Part shown: positions 55,826 to 64,000 of the stretch, piece after piece
Layout of the letters: every line of letters begins with the position of its first letter
Position numbering within the stretch: the first letter of the stretch is position 1
NCBI GenBank assembly: GCA_026418195.1
Contig: JAOABU010000116.1
Location: 2,977 to 66,976, forward strand
Direction: 5' to 3'
DNA from: Spirochaetota bacterium
GTDB lineage: Bacteria; Spirochaetota; Spirochaetia; DTKZ01
DNA length: 64,000 nt
The notes under the pieces: generated by a model
Seen by the model: the letters and a program-made list of their open reading frames with translations, nothing else
Told to the model about the DNA's origin: nothing
Databases searched by the model: none
Translations under genes and position numbers: made by a program

Positions 55826-57748
55826 ATGGGAAGAATTATTGGAATTGATCTAGGAACAACCAATTCCTGCGTAGCAGTGATGGAGAATGGAGAACCAGTC
55901 GTAATACCTAACTCTGAAGGGCAACGAACTACCCCCTCTATCGTAGCCTTTACTGCTAAGGGCGAACGGCTGGTAGGGCAGCCCGCAAAGAACCAAATGA
56001 TTACGAACCCTGAAAACACCGTATATTCCATTAAACGGTTCATGGGTCGGCGGTACCACGAGGTAACCGAGGAAATTCGTATGGTTCCCTACAAGGTAGT
56101 AGAGGATTCAGCGGGGATGGCACGGGTAGAGATTATGGGTAAACAGTACTCTCCGCCCGAGATCTCCGCAGCAATTTTACAAAAAATGAAAGAGACAGCA
56201 GAAGATTACCTCGGTGAAAAGGTAACGGAAGCAGTTATTACTGTTCCAGCCTACTTTAATGACTCCCAACGTCAAGCTACGAAGGATGCGGGGCGGATAG
56301 CAGGTCTGGAAGTGAAGCGAATCGTGAATGAACCAACTGCTGCGGCTCTAGCGTATGGGTTCGAAAAGAGCAAGAAAGAAGAAAAGATCGCTGTATACGA
56401 CCTGGGAGGAGGAACCTTCGACATCTCCATTCTTGAACTTGGAGATGGAGTATTCGAGGTAAAATCCACTAACGGGGATACTCACCTGGGCGGAGATAAC
56501 TTCGACCAGAGGATCATGGATTGGTTGATTGAAAACTTCAAACGCGACTATGGAATCGATCTATCCAAGGATCGAATGGCCTTGCAGCGATTGAAGGATG
56601 CCGCAGAAAAGGCGAAAAAAGAGCTTTCTACCACTCACAGTACGGAGATCAATTTGCCCTTCATCACGGCAGATGCTTCGGGACCCAAACATCTACTCTA
56701 CACCCTTACACGGGCAAAACTAGAGCAGTTGATCGGAGACTTGATCGAGCGCACAAGAGGACCGGTTGAGCAGGCGTTAAAGGATGCTGGGTTAACACCC
56801 AAAGATATCGACGAGGTCATTTTGGTGGGAGGATCTACTCGGATCCCCGCTGTACAAGCCCTTGTCCGGGAGATTTTCGGGAAGGAACCCCACAAAGGGG
56901 TAAACCCGGACGAGGTGGTAGCTGTAGGTGCGGCAATCCAAGGAGGTATTCTTGGTGGGGAGGTGAAAGATGTGCTTCTACTGGACGTTACACCCCTCTC
57001 GTTGGGAATTGAAACATTGGGAGGTGTGTTTACCAAGTTGATCGAGCGAAACACTACCATACCTACGAAGAAGACCCAAATTTTCTCTACAGCTGCAGAT
57101 AACCAGACCGCTGTTTCGATTCACGTGCTACAGGGGGAACGGGAAATGGCCAGTATGAACCGAACCCTGGCACGGTTTGATCTAGTAGGGATTCCTCCGG
57201 CACCGCGCGGAGTGCCTCAGATTGAGGTAACCTTTGATATCGATGCCAACGGCATCCTCCATGTTTCGGCAAAAGATCTAGGAACAGGTAAAGAGCAAAA
57301 AATTCGAATCGAATCTTCTTCCGGACTGAAAGAGGAAGAGATTCAACGAATGATAAGGGAAGCGGAAGAACATGCAGAGGAAGACCGAAGGATGAAGGAG
57401 GCTGCGGAAGCGAGAAACGAAGCGGATAGCCTAATTTACAATACAGAAAAAACACTGCGGGAATTCGGAGACAAGGTTTCTTCCGAGGATCGCAAGCGAA
57501 TAGAGGTAGCCATTTCGGAACTCCGTTCTGTCATGGATAGTCGGGATGCAGCGAAAATCCGGGAAAAAACAGAAGTTCTAAAACAGGCAGCCTTCCGGAT
57601 TTCGGAGGAAGTATACAAACAGGCTCAACAACGCAGTGGTGGAGGCTCGAGTAGTAGCTCATCCACTGGAAGTGGGAGTTCAAAAACCTCTTCAAAATCC
57701 AACGTAGAGGACGTGGACTACGAAGTAGTTGACGACGATAAAAAATAA
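55826..57748 (+). CDS. dnaK: molecular chaperone DnaK (Hsp70)
   Basis: 640 aa. [32 protein letters not shown] signatures and a C-terminal EEVD-like acidic tail. Confidence 0.95.
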   Translation: MGRIIGIDLGTTNSCVAVMENGEPVVIPNSEGQRTTPSIVAFTAKGERLVGQPAKNQMITNPENTVYSIKRFMGRRYHEVTEEIRMVPYKVVEDSAGMARVEIMGKQYSPPEISAAILQKMKETAEDYLGEKVTEAVITVPAYFNDSQRQATKDAGRIAGLEVKRIVNEPTAAALAYGFEKSKKEEKIAVYDLGGGTFDISILELGDGVFEVKSTNGDTHLGGDNFDQRIMDWLIENFKRDYGIDLSKDRMALQRLKDAAEKAKKELSTTHSTEINLPFITADASGPKHLLYTLTRAKLEQLIGDLIERTRGPVEQALKDAGLTPKDIDEVILVGGSTRIPAVQALVREIFGKEPHKGVNPDEVVAVGAAIQGGILGGEVKDVLLLDVTPLSLGIETLGGVFTKLIERNTTIPTKKTQIFSTAADNQTAVSIHVLQGEREMASMNRTLARFDLVGIPPAPRGVPQIEVTFDIDANGILHVSAKDLGTGKEQKIRIESSSGLKEEEIQRMIREAEEHAEEDRRMKEAAEARNEADSLIYNTEKTLREFGDKVSSEDRKRIEVAISELRSVMDSRDAAKIREKTEVLKQAAFRISEEVYKQAQQRSGGGSSSSSSTGSGSSKTSSKSNVEDVDYEVVDDDKK

Positions 57749-57772
57749 TCTAACGAAATAAGGTGTGGCAGC

Positions 57773-58921
57773 TTGGCTAAACGTGATTATTACGAGGTCC
57801 TCGGGGTCCCCCGAGGTGCCTCGTTAGATGAAATTAAAAAAGCGTATCGAAAACTCGCAGTACAGTACCATCCGGATAAGAATCCTGGGAACAAGGAAGC
57901 AGAAGAAAAGTTCAAAGAGGCAACAGAAGCTTATGAGGTCCTCTCTGACCCCAAAAAACGGGAAACGTATGATCAGTTTGGATTCGCGGGCGTAGAGGGG
58001 ATGGGAGGAGCAGGTGGGGGATCTCCCCATGATTTCTCTTCTGTATTCCGGGATTTCGAGGACATATTCGGAGATTTCTCGGGTATTTTCGACTCTTTCT
58101 TTGGTACGGGTACGAGGCGGCGGACAGGTACGGGCCGTACCTCCACCCTTCAGAGGGGAGCAGATCTCCGATACGATCTAGAGATAGATTTCAAAGATGC
58201 GGTAAACGGCACAAAGGTAGAAATATCCTACAATAGGAATGCACCTTGCGGAATCTGTGGTGGAACTGGCGTAGAACTCGGGGGAGGAAGAAAAACCTGT
58301 CCTACTTGCGGAGGTACAGGCCAGATACGAAGAAGTTCTGGATTTTTTTCCATCGCCTCTAGTTGTCCCCACTGTAATGGCGAAGGCTACATAATCGATC
58401 ATCCTTGTAAACATTGTGGGGGAACAGGGCTATTAAAAAAACTTCAAAAGATCAAAGTTACCATTCCACCAGGAGTCGAAGATGGAAAACGGATCACCAT
58501 ACCCGGCCAAGGGGATGCGGGTCCGAATGGTGGTCCTAGTGGGGATCTGTACGTAATCATTCACGTACGCCCCCATGAATACTTCGAGAGGGATGGTAAC
58601 GATGTATACTGCGCGATTCCTATTAGCATCACTCAAGCTGCATTAGGAGCGGAACTAACCATTCGGAATTTGGAAGACAAGAAAATCCGTCTAGTCATTC
58701 CGCCGGGTACTCAAAACGGGAAAATCCTTCGCCTGAAAGGAGAGGGGTTTCCATATCCAAATCAACCGAACAAGAAAGGAGACATGTACATCAAGGTATT
58801 TGTGCAGATTCCCACTCGCCTTTCCAGTCGGGCGAAAGCTCTATTACGAGAATTGGCCGAAATAGAAGGGGAAAACACCGAGCCTCATCCAATTCCGTTG
58901 TCCGAACTTCGGAATACATGA
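57773..58921 (+). CDS. dnaJ: molecular chaperone DnaJ (type I: J domain, G/F region, four CxxCxGxG zinc fingers)
   Basis: 382 aa. DYYEVLGV...HPDKN J-domain, Gly/Phe-rich region, and CGICGGTG / CPTCGGTG / CPHCNGEG / CKHCGGTG motifs. Confidence 0.9.
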   Translation: MAKRDYYEVLGVPRGASLDEIKKAYRKLAVQYHPDKNPGNKEAEEKFKEATEAYEVLSDPKKRETYDQFGFAGVEGMGGAGGGSPHDFSSVFRDFEDIFGDFSGIFDSFFGTGTRRRTGTGRTSTLQRGADLRYDLEIDFKDAVNGTKVEISYNRNAPCGICGGTGVELGGGRKTCPTCGGTGQIRRSSGFFSIASSCPHCNGEGYIIDHPCKHCGGTGLLKKLQKIKVTIPPGVEDGKRITIPGQGDAGPNGGPSGDLYVIIHVRPHEYFERDGNDVYCAIPISITQAALGAELTIRNLEDKKIRLVIPPGTQNGKILRLKGEGFPYPNQPNKKGDMYIKVFVQIPTRLSSRAKALLRELAEIEGENTEPHPIPLSELRNT

Positions 58922-58974
58922 ACCCGCCTCAATGTTCTCTCCTTTCTTTCCGATTCTGTAACGGGATACCATCT

Positions 58975-59397
58975 ATGAAGAAACCTGTATTCGTTTTTCT
59001 GTGTATGATGGTTTTTCTTTCTCCCCTTTTTTCTGCTTCTGCTGAGGTGGATGTGGAACGGATACGCCAGGAAACCTTCTCTTCCTTCTCTTCGATTAAA
59101 ACCTCCAGATTAGAGTTTGATCGAAACAAAGACGGAAAGATCGATCACGTAATGATCCTAGACGAAAAAGGAAGGAAACTCTACGAAGAATTGGATTATA
59201 ACTTCGATGGCCGATTCGACGACCTATGTTTCTATACCAATGGAGTTCTTCAGAGTGAATGGATTGACACAAATTTTGATGGAAAGATCGACCTTTGGGT
59301 TTACATAAAGAATGGAGTGTATGTAGATCGATACGAGCGGGACACAAACTACGATGGAGTGGTAGATAAAGTAAAGCAATTTGGGCAAAAGAAATAG
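58975..59397 (+). CDS. secreted protein with four EF-hand-like DxDGKID calcium-binding-type repeats
   Basis: Signal peptide MKKPVFVFLCMMVFLSPLFSASA, then four repeats: DRNKDGKIDHV, NFDGRFDDL, NFDGKIDLW, NYDGVVDKV. Start trimmed to 58975. Confidence 0.45.
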   Translation: MKKPVFVFLCMMVFLSPLFSASAEVDVERIRQETFSSFSSIKTSRLEFDRNKDGKIDHVMILDEKGRKLYEELDYNFDGRFDDLCFYTNGVLQSEWIDTNFDGKIDLWVYIKNGVYVDRYERDTNYDGVVDKVKQFGQKK

Positions 59398-59399
59398 TA

Positions 59400-60146
59400 A
59401 TGTATCGGTATGTAATTTCCCTTCATTCCATAGAAGCCTATTTGGATCATCCGACTCGGGGCATGATGCTATACTTGAATCGGAAAACTCCCAGGATACA
59501 GGCCTTGGAAGCAAAGGCTCGCAATCAAGGGGTTCCCATTCAATGGTTAGAAGCAGAGGTTCCGTTCCAGTTCCCGGGAGTGGAACATTCAAAGGGAGCC
59601 ATCCTTAAAATACCCGTGGAAGAAGGAAAGACTCCTACTTTACAGGAATTAGTTGCTAACGCTAGTGAGTATTCTTGCCTCATCATGTTGGATGGAATTA
59701 CGGATGTGCAGAATCTAGGAGCCATCCTTCGATCGGCTGATTTGTTTGGAGTGAATGGAGTCTTGATTCCTAAACGACGATCGGCTCATGAGTCTATTGG
59801 GGTAGACCGAACATCTGCGGGCGCTAGTGCGTATGTTCCCCTTTTAGAGGTTCCTAACCTCGTCCGGACTTTATCATACTTGAAAGAGGCGGGGTACTGG
59901 ATATACGGAGCAGACATGCAAGGGAAACCCGCTATAGATGTAGATTTTAATCGGAAAACCGTTCTTGTGATGGGAAGCGAGGATAAAGGATTGAGCAGAT
60001 TGGTGAGAGAAGCTTGTGATTTTCTGGTAAAGATCCCAATGGGCGGGCATGTAGGATCCTTTAATGTGTCGGTAGCTACGGGAATCCTTCTGTACGAGAT
60101 TCGAAGGCAGCAGGGATTCTCAGGGTTAGATGGGATGGGGGAGTAG
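59400..60146 (+). CDS. rlmB: SpoU/TrmH-family RNA 2'-O-methyltransferase (RlmB-like)
   Basis: 248 aa. N-terminal substrate-binding-like region, then SpoU methylase motifs (LIMLDGITDVQNLGAILRSADLFGVNGV; VLVMGSEDKGLS; IPMGGHVGSFNVSVA). Confidence 0.75.
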   Translation: MYRYVISLHSIEAYLDHPTRGMMLYLNRKTPRIQALEAKARNQGVPIQWLEAEVPFQFPGVEHSKGAILKIPVEEGKTPTLQELVANASEYSCLIMLDGITDVQNLGAILRSADLFGVNGVLIPKRRSAHESIGVDRTSAGASAYVPLLEVPNLVRTLSYLKEAGYWIYGADMQGKPAIDVDFNRKTVLVMGSEDKGLSRLVREACDFLVKIPMGGHVGSFNVSVATGILLYEIRRQQGFSGLDGMGE

Positions 60147-61382
60147 TTTACCGATATCTTTTCGGTACCATGCACCGTCGAACCGAACCCTAGGCACTAC
60201 ATCGTACGCTCTTACTGAAGCCTCGAAAATGTCTTTCCCAATCCCTACCACAGTAAAACATCTCCCCCCATTGGTCTGTAGGTTCCCCTTCGGGTCTCTC
60301 TGGGTAGCTGCATGAAAGATGAGGGTACCATCACTCCCTTTAGGAATATCGAGTTCCACGGGTAATCCCTTAGGGTAGGTGCCTGGGTAGCCGGGAGCAG
60401 CAATCACTACCCCTACAGCGGTTTTTTCCGCTGAATTGAAGGGTAATTGATGTAAAGAACCTGTCACAATTGCCTCTGCTAGGTTTCCCATATCGATGGA
60501 AAGCAAGGGAAGGAGTACCTGTGTCTCAGGATCCCCAAAGCGTACGTTATACTCCAGTACTTTAGGTCCTTCATTGGTGATCATGAGACCCAAGTAGAGG
60601 ACACCCTTATAGGTAAGTCCTTCTTTATCCAACCCTTCTATTGTAGGCTTTATCACTTCGGTTTGAATCCGGTTCATGAGTGAGGTGGTTACTGAGGGCA
60701 CAGGGCAGATGCTGCCCATACCTCCGGTGTTGGGTCCCTGATTTCCATCATAGGCCTTCTTGTAATCCATGCAGGGTGGGAGGATTTGATAAGAGGATCC
60801 ATCACAGAGCACGAAGATGGAAGTTTCGAAGCCATCGAGAAATTCCTCCACTACTAGTTGATCTTCCTGAAGCGTTCGGCGGGCAAATTGTAGAAGTTCC
60901 TTCTGATCTGCGGATTCCAGCACACCTTTTCCGGCTGCTAGACCGCTTTTTTTTAACACGACTCTCTTGGGAGTAGAGAGGAGGAAGCGTTCCAACTCTG
61001 GGTAGGAGGTGAAGGTCCTATGTTCGGCTGTTGGAATACGATTCCGTACCATGAAGGATTTTGCAAAAGCCTTCGAAGCCTCCAATTGGGCCGATTTTGC
61101 AGGTGGACCGATTACAGGAATCTTTTCTTTTTGTAAGGCATCGACGATCCCTGAAGCGAGGGGATCCTCTGGCCCGATAAAGACCAGATCCACTCGGTAG
61201 GTACGGCAAGCCTGGATTACTTCTTCCGCTGACGTTGGACGAACATCCGGAAGATTCGTCGCTATTTCCCCTGTACCAGCGTTTCCAGGTGCCACGAACA
61301 AGGCCGAAATTCGTTTGCTTTTTGAGAACTTCCATGTCAATGCATGCTCTCTAGCTCCGTTTCCAAGAATCAAAACTCGCAC
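60126..61382 (-). CDS. purD: phosphoribosylamine--glycine ligase
   Basis: 418 aa. MRVLILGNGAREHAL N-terminus and ATP-grasp core of PurD. Confidence 0.9.
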   Translation of the reverse strand: MRVLILGNGAREHALTWKFSKSKRISALFVAPGNAGTGEIATNLPDVRPTSAEEVIQACRTYRVDLVFIGPEDPLASGIVDALQKEKIPVIGPPAKSAQLEASKAFAKSFMVRNRIPTAEHRTFTSYPELERFLLSTPKRVVLKKSGLAAGKGVLESADQKELLQFARRTLQEDQLVVEEFLDGFETSIFVLCDGSSYQILPPCMDYKKAYDGNQGPNTGGMGSICPVPSVTTSLMNRIQTEVIKPTIEGLDKEGLTYKGVLYLGLMITNEGPKVLEYNVRFGDPETQVLLPLLSIDMGNLAEAIVTGSLHQLPFNSAEKTAVGVVIAAPGYPGTYPKGLPVELDIPKGSDGTLIFHAATQRDPKGNLQTNGGRCFTVVGIGKDIFEASVRAYDVVPRVRFDGAWYRKDIGKLLPHPI

Positions 61383-61395
61383 AAAGGATCTCCTC

Positions 61396-61971
61396 TTATG
61401 TGTGTCGTTCTAATGCATCCAAAAGTTCTATCAGTACTTTTGGGTAAACCTCGTGTTCCAAGGTATGGATTTTTTCCTCGATCTCTTCCAGTGTTTCGGT
61501 CCCTTCCCTTCGGAAGGACCGTTGGGTAATGATAGGCCCCGTATCCAATCCGTAATCTACGTAGTGAATGGTAATACCTAACTCTTTATCACCTGAGAGA
61601 TAACTATCTCGGATTCCCTGTGTCCCTGGGTATTTGGGAAGTAGGGAAGGGTGAAGGTTCACGATTCGGTTGGGATACGCATCGATCAGAAGGGGTGACA
61701 GAAGTTTCATGAATCCCGCTAGGGCAATGAAATCAGTACCGTAAGATCGTAGGAGATTCAAAATGTTTACCTCTGATTCTCTCCGTTCAGTCGGTGAACG
61801 GAAAGGAAACACATGGTAAGGAATCTGAAGTCGCTTTGCCCGCTCCAACGCATACGCTTTCTCATTATCCGAAATGAGGCATACCACCTGGTGTGGAGTT
61901 CCCTGTAAAGCCTTCACAATAGCTTCGAAGTTAGAACCATTTCCAGAAGCGAACACGCTTACCTTAGCCAC
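61396..61971 (-). CDS. purN: phosphoribosylglycinamide formyltransferase
   Basis: PurN motifs (VFASGNGSNFEAI; NLHPSLLPKYPG; folate-binding region). Start tentatively set at the GTG at 61969..61971, near the purM stop; the ORF-track start at 62025 would overlap purM by 62 nt. Confidence 0.75.
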   Translation of the reverse strand: MAKVSVFASGNGSNFEAIVKALQGTPHQVVCLISDNEKAYALERAKRLQIPYHVFPFRSPTERRESEVNILNLLRSYGTDFIALAGFMKLLSPLLIDAYPNRIVNLHPSLLPKYPGTQGIRDSYLSGDKELGITIHYVDYGLDTGPIITQRSFRREGTETLEEIEEKIHTLEHEVYPKVLIELLDALERHT

Positions 61972-62917
61972 GAACCAATTCTCCGATCTTGAAGGATTGA
62001 ATCCGATTAGTCTGGGCAAGTTCAAGGAATCGAGGTTCCTCTCTCTTGGGAACGATCATGGCAATTCCAATTCCCATATTGAACACTCGACGCATCTCCT
62101 CGACCGGAATGTTTCCCTCCTGTTGAAGGGTATGAAAGATGGAAGGCACTGGCCAATCCCAAGAGAATTGGGGACGTAAGGGTTTCGGAACCACTCGGAT
62201 CACATTACCTTCCAACCCTCCTCCTGTGATATGGGCCGCTCCAAGCAGAACACCCGCTTTTGCAAAGAGCATGAGTTCGGAAACATAGATCCGGGTTGGA
62301 ATTAGCAGTTCTTCCCAAACGCGATCCGAAGCATTCGCTAATACTTTTCGGGCAAGGGAAAGACCGTTGGAATGAATTCCCGAAGAGGGGAGGGCATAAA
62401 TAGGATCCCCTTCCTGCATACCAGACAGTTTAGGGAGGGCCTCATCTTTTTCCACCAGTCCTACGCAGAATCCCGCTAAATCGATATCGTTCTCTTGGTA
62501 CAGGTCAGGCATTTCGGCAGTTTCTCCCCCTACCAACATACACCCTGCCTGTTCACAGCCAGTAACAATTCCCCGGATTACATCCTGTAAAATCCCTTCG
62601 TTCAGGTGACCGCAAGCAATGTAATCCAGAAAGGTCAAAGGTTGGGCTCCACACACCGCTAGATCGTTCACGTTCATTGCTACTAGATCGATCCCTATGG
62701 TGTCATACTTTTGGAGTCGTTTAGCCACGAGGAGCTTCGTGCCTACTCCATCGGTGGTGGAAAGCAGAAGGGGAGTTTTGTATCCGCTCATGTTAAGAGG
62801 GATGCCTCCAGCAAAACCTCCAATGGAGGAGCTAACAGCAGGGGATCGTAGAGAAGCGATGAATCTAGCAAAGCGATCTCCCTTTTCGATATCAACACCT
62901 GCAGTTCGGTAATCCAT
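61964..62917 (-). CDS. purM: phosphoribosylformylglycinamidine cyclo-ligase (AIR synthetase)
   Basis: PurM N-terminus MDYRTAGVDIEKGD... Start trimmed to the ATG at 62917, which has a GAGAGG RBS. Confidence 0.85.
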   Translation of the reverse strand: MDYRTAGVDIEKGDRFARFIASLRSPAVSSSIGGFAGGIPLNMSGYKTPLLLSTTDGVGTKLLVAKRLQKYDTIGIDLVAMNVNDLAVCGAQPLTFLDYIACGHLNEGILQDVIRGIVTGCEQAGCMLVGGETAEMPDLYQENDIDLAGFCVGLVEKDEALPKLSGMQEGDPIYALPSSGIHSNGLSLARKVLANASDRVWEELLIPTRIYVSELMLFAKAGVLLGAAHITGGGLEGNVIRVVPKPLRPQFSWDWPVPSIFHTLQQEGNIPVEEMRRVFNMGIGIAMIVPKREEPRFLELAQTNRIQSFKIGELVRG

Positions 62918-64000
62918 CCTGTAACCTCTCTTTCTCGATGGGATAAGGATACTCTCCATTAAAGCATGCATAGCAGTATGACAAAGGATCTTCCACACAA
63001 CTCTTCAGATTGGAAATCTCAAGGAAACGAACCGAATCAGCCCCTATGAGGGATGCGATCTCTGTGGGTGTGTAATGATTACTGATCAGTTCCTTACGGG
63101 TAGGAATGTCAATTCCAAAGAAACAGGGCCATCGGAGTTCTGGCGATGAAAGGCGCAGATGTACTTCCTTAGCCCCTGCCTCACGAATCATGCGTACTAG
63201 GATGGTGCTGGTTGTCCCCCGAACGAGGGAATCGTCTACTAGGACGACACGTTTCCCTTTAAGCGCCTCCCGAATGGGGTGAAGTTTCATCCGTACTACC
63301 AGTTCTCGTTCATTGGTGGTAGGCATGATGAAGGACCTTCCTGTGTAGTGGTTTCTAGCCAATCCCAACTCAAAGGGCATGTTTGATTCCTCTGCATACC
63401 CTAGCGCAGCACTAGTACCGGAATCGGGAACGGGCACCACGATGTCGGCGGAAAAATTGGGAGACTCCCTATCCTGTTTAGCCAGAGCAGCTCCCATCAA
63501 TTTTCGAGCTTGATGGACGGACACATCGAAAACGAAGGAATCGGGACGTGAGAAATAAATCAATTCAAAGATGCATTGTCTCCTTTGGGTTGGGCTGGCA
63601 AACTGAATACTCTCTGTTCCTCCATCCTGGATTAGGATCAATTCGCCAGGTTTTACGGAGCGATACTCTTCTACCCGTAAAATGTCTAGGGCACAAGTCT
63701 CGGAGGCTAGTACATACAAGGGGCCTTTCCTTCCTATGTATAAGGGGCGGAATCCCATCGGGTCCCGAATCCCTATGAGAGAATCATTCCAGATCATAAC
63801 AATGGAGTAGGCTCCTTGCAGGCGGTGAAGAGTAGTAGTTAAGGCTGTGAGAAAATGCTTCTCGGGAGTGCGGGAAAGGAGATGGAGGATCAGTTCTGTA
63901 TCCGAGGTAGTTTGGAAGATCGATCCCTCTTGGAACAGTTCCTCTTTCAATTTAGCCGAGTTCAGAATGTTCCCATTATGGGCTAAGGCGATAGCACCCT
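62892..64000 (-). CDS. purF: amidophosphoribosyltransferase, C-terminal part; gene continues beyond the window end
   Basis: PRTase domain (VVLVDDSLVRGTTS) and glutamine amidotransferase region. The reading frame is open to the window edge (...NSAKLKEELFQ...), so the true N-terminus lies outside the window. Confidence 0.85.
   Translation of the reverse strand, partial: GAIALAHNGNILNSAKLKEELFQEGSIFQTTSDTELILHLLSRTPEKHFLTALTTTLHRLQGAYSIVMIWNDSLIGIRDPMGFRPLYIGRKGPLYVLASETCALDILRVEEYRSVKPGELILIQDGGTESIQFASPTQRRQCIFELIYFSRPDSFVFDVSVHQARKLMGAALAKQDRESPNFSADIVVPVPDSGTSAALGYAEESNMPFELGLARNHYTGRSFIMPTTNERELVVRMKLHPIREALKGKRVVLVDDSLVRGTTSTILVRMIREAGAKEVHLRLSSPELRWPCFFGIDIPTRKELISNHYTPTEIASLIGADSVRFLEISNLKSCVEDPLSYCYACFNGEYPYPIEKERLQDGLPNCRC

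Noticed and set aside
1-64000. Scan for CRISPR arrays, IS elements, rRNA operons and large tandem repeats
   Set aside because: No regularly spaced short repeats, no transposase or integrase ORFs, and no rRNA-like sequence were found. The only repeats noted are the short regulatory-scale ones listed above.

Overview
The window is mostly housekeeping chromosome with a spirochaete-like gene order, read directly from the sequence: rseP(partial)-dxr-cdsA-uppS-frr-tsf-rpsB on the minus strand with no pyrH between tsf and frr, short ParE/ParC-type topoisomerase IV genes, and an rny-ymdB-tlyA block. GC looks roughly balanced (about 50% by eye). I see no transposase or integrase, no CRISPR array and no rRNA. 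There is one tRNA, Arg-CCG, at 29832..29905.

Called coding content includes a DeoR-linked 2-oxo-acid dehydrogenase E2 + fused E1-alpha/beta, and a second fused E1-alpha/beta paralog next to a GHMP sugar-1-kinase and a sugar-1-phosphate nucleotidyltransferase. Also present are a bifunctional homocysteine S-methyltransferase/MTHFR, a gamma-carbonic anhydrase, an NMT1-type ABC system with a fused ATPase-permease, PepF, RdgB, PtsI and Der. The far end holds a TPR / beta-barrel / ExbB-ExbD-TonB-like envelope module, a HAD hydrolase, grpE-dnaK-dnaJ and purD/N/M/F.

The best candidates for an undescribed system are:
- A DeoR-divergent operon (12346..16890) encoding lysine 2,3-aminomutase, a Ddl-like ATP-grasp ligase (4-nt overlap with kamA) and an MFS transporter fused to a HEAT-repeat domain. 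This looks like a possible beta-lysine-peptide biosynthesis and export module.
- A 1212-aa membrane-anchored pure coiled-coil protein with a C-terminal LuxR/sigma-region-4-like HTH, immediately upstream of grpE-dnaK-dnaJ, with no hrcA and no CIRCE element.
- A compact promoter / 10-codon ORF (MTTPPKGKGR) / multi-hairpin / intrinsic-terminator unit, followed by a perfect 16-bp palindrome, just upstream of parE-parC.

All functional assignments rest on motif-level reading of the translated ORFs; nothing was searched against a database.
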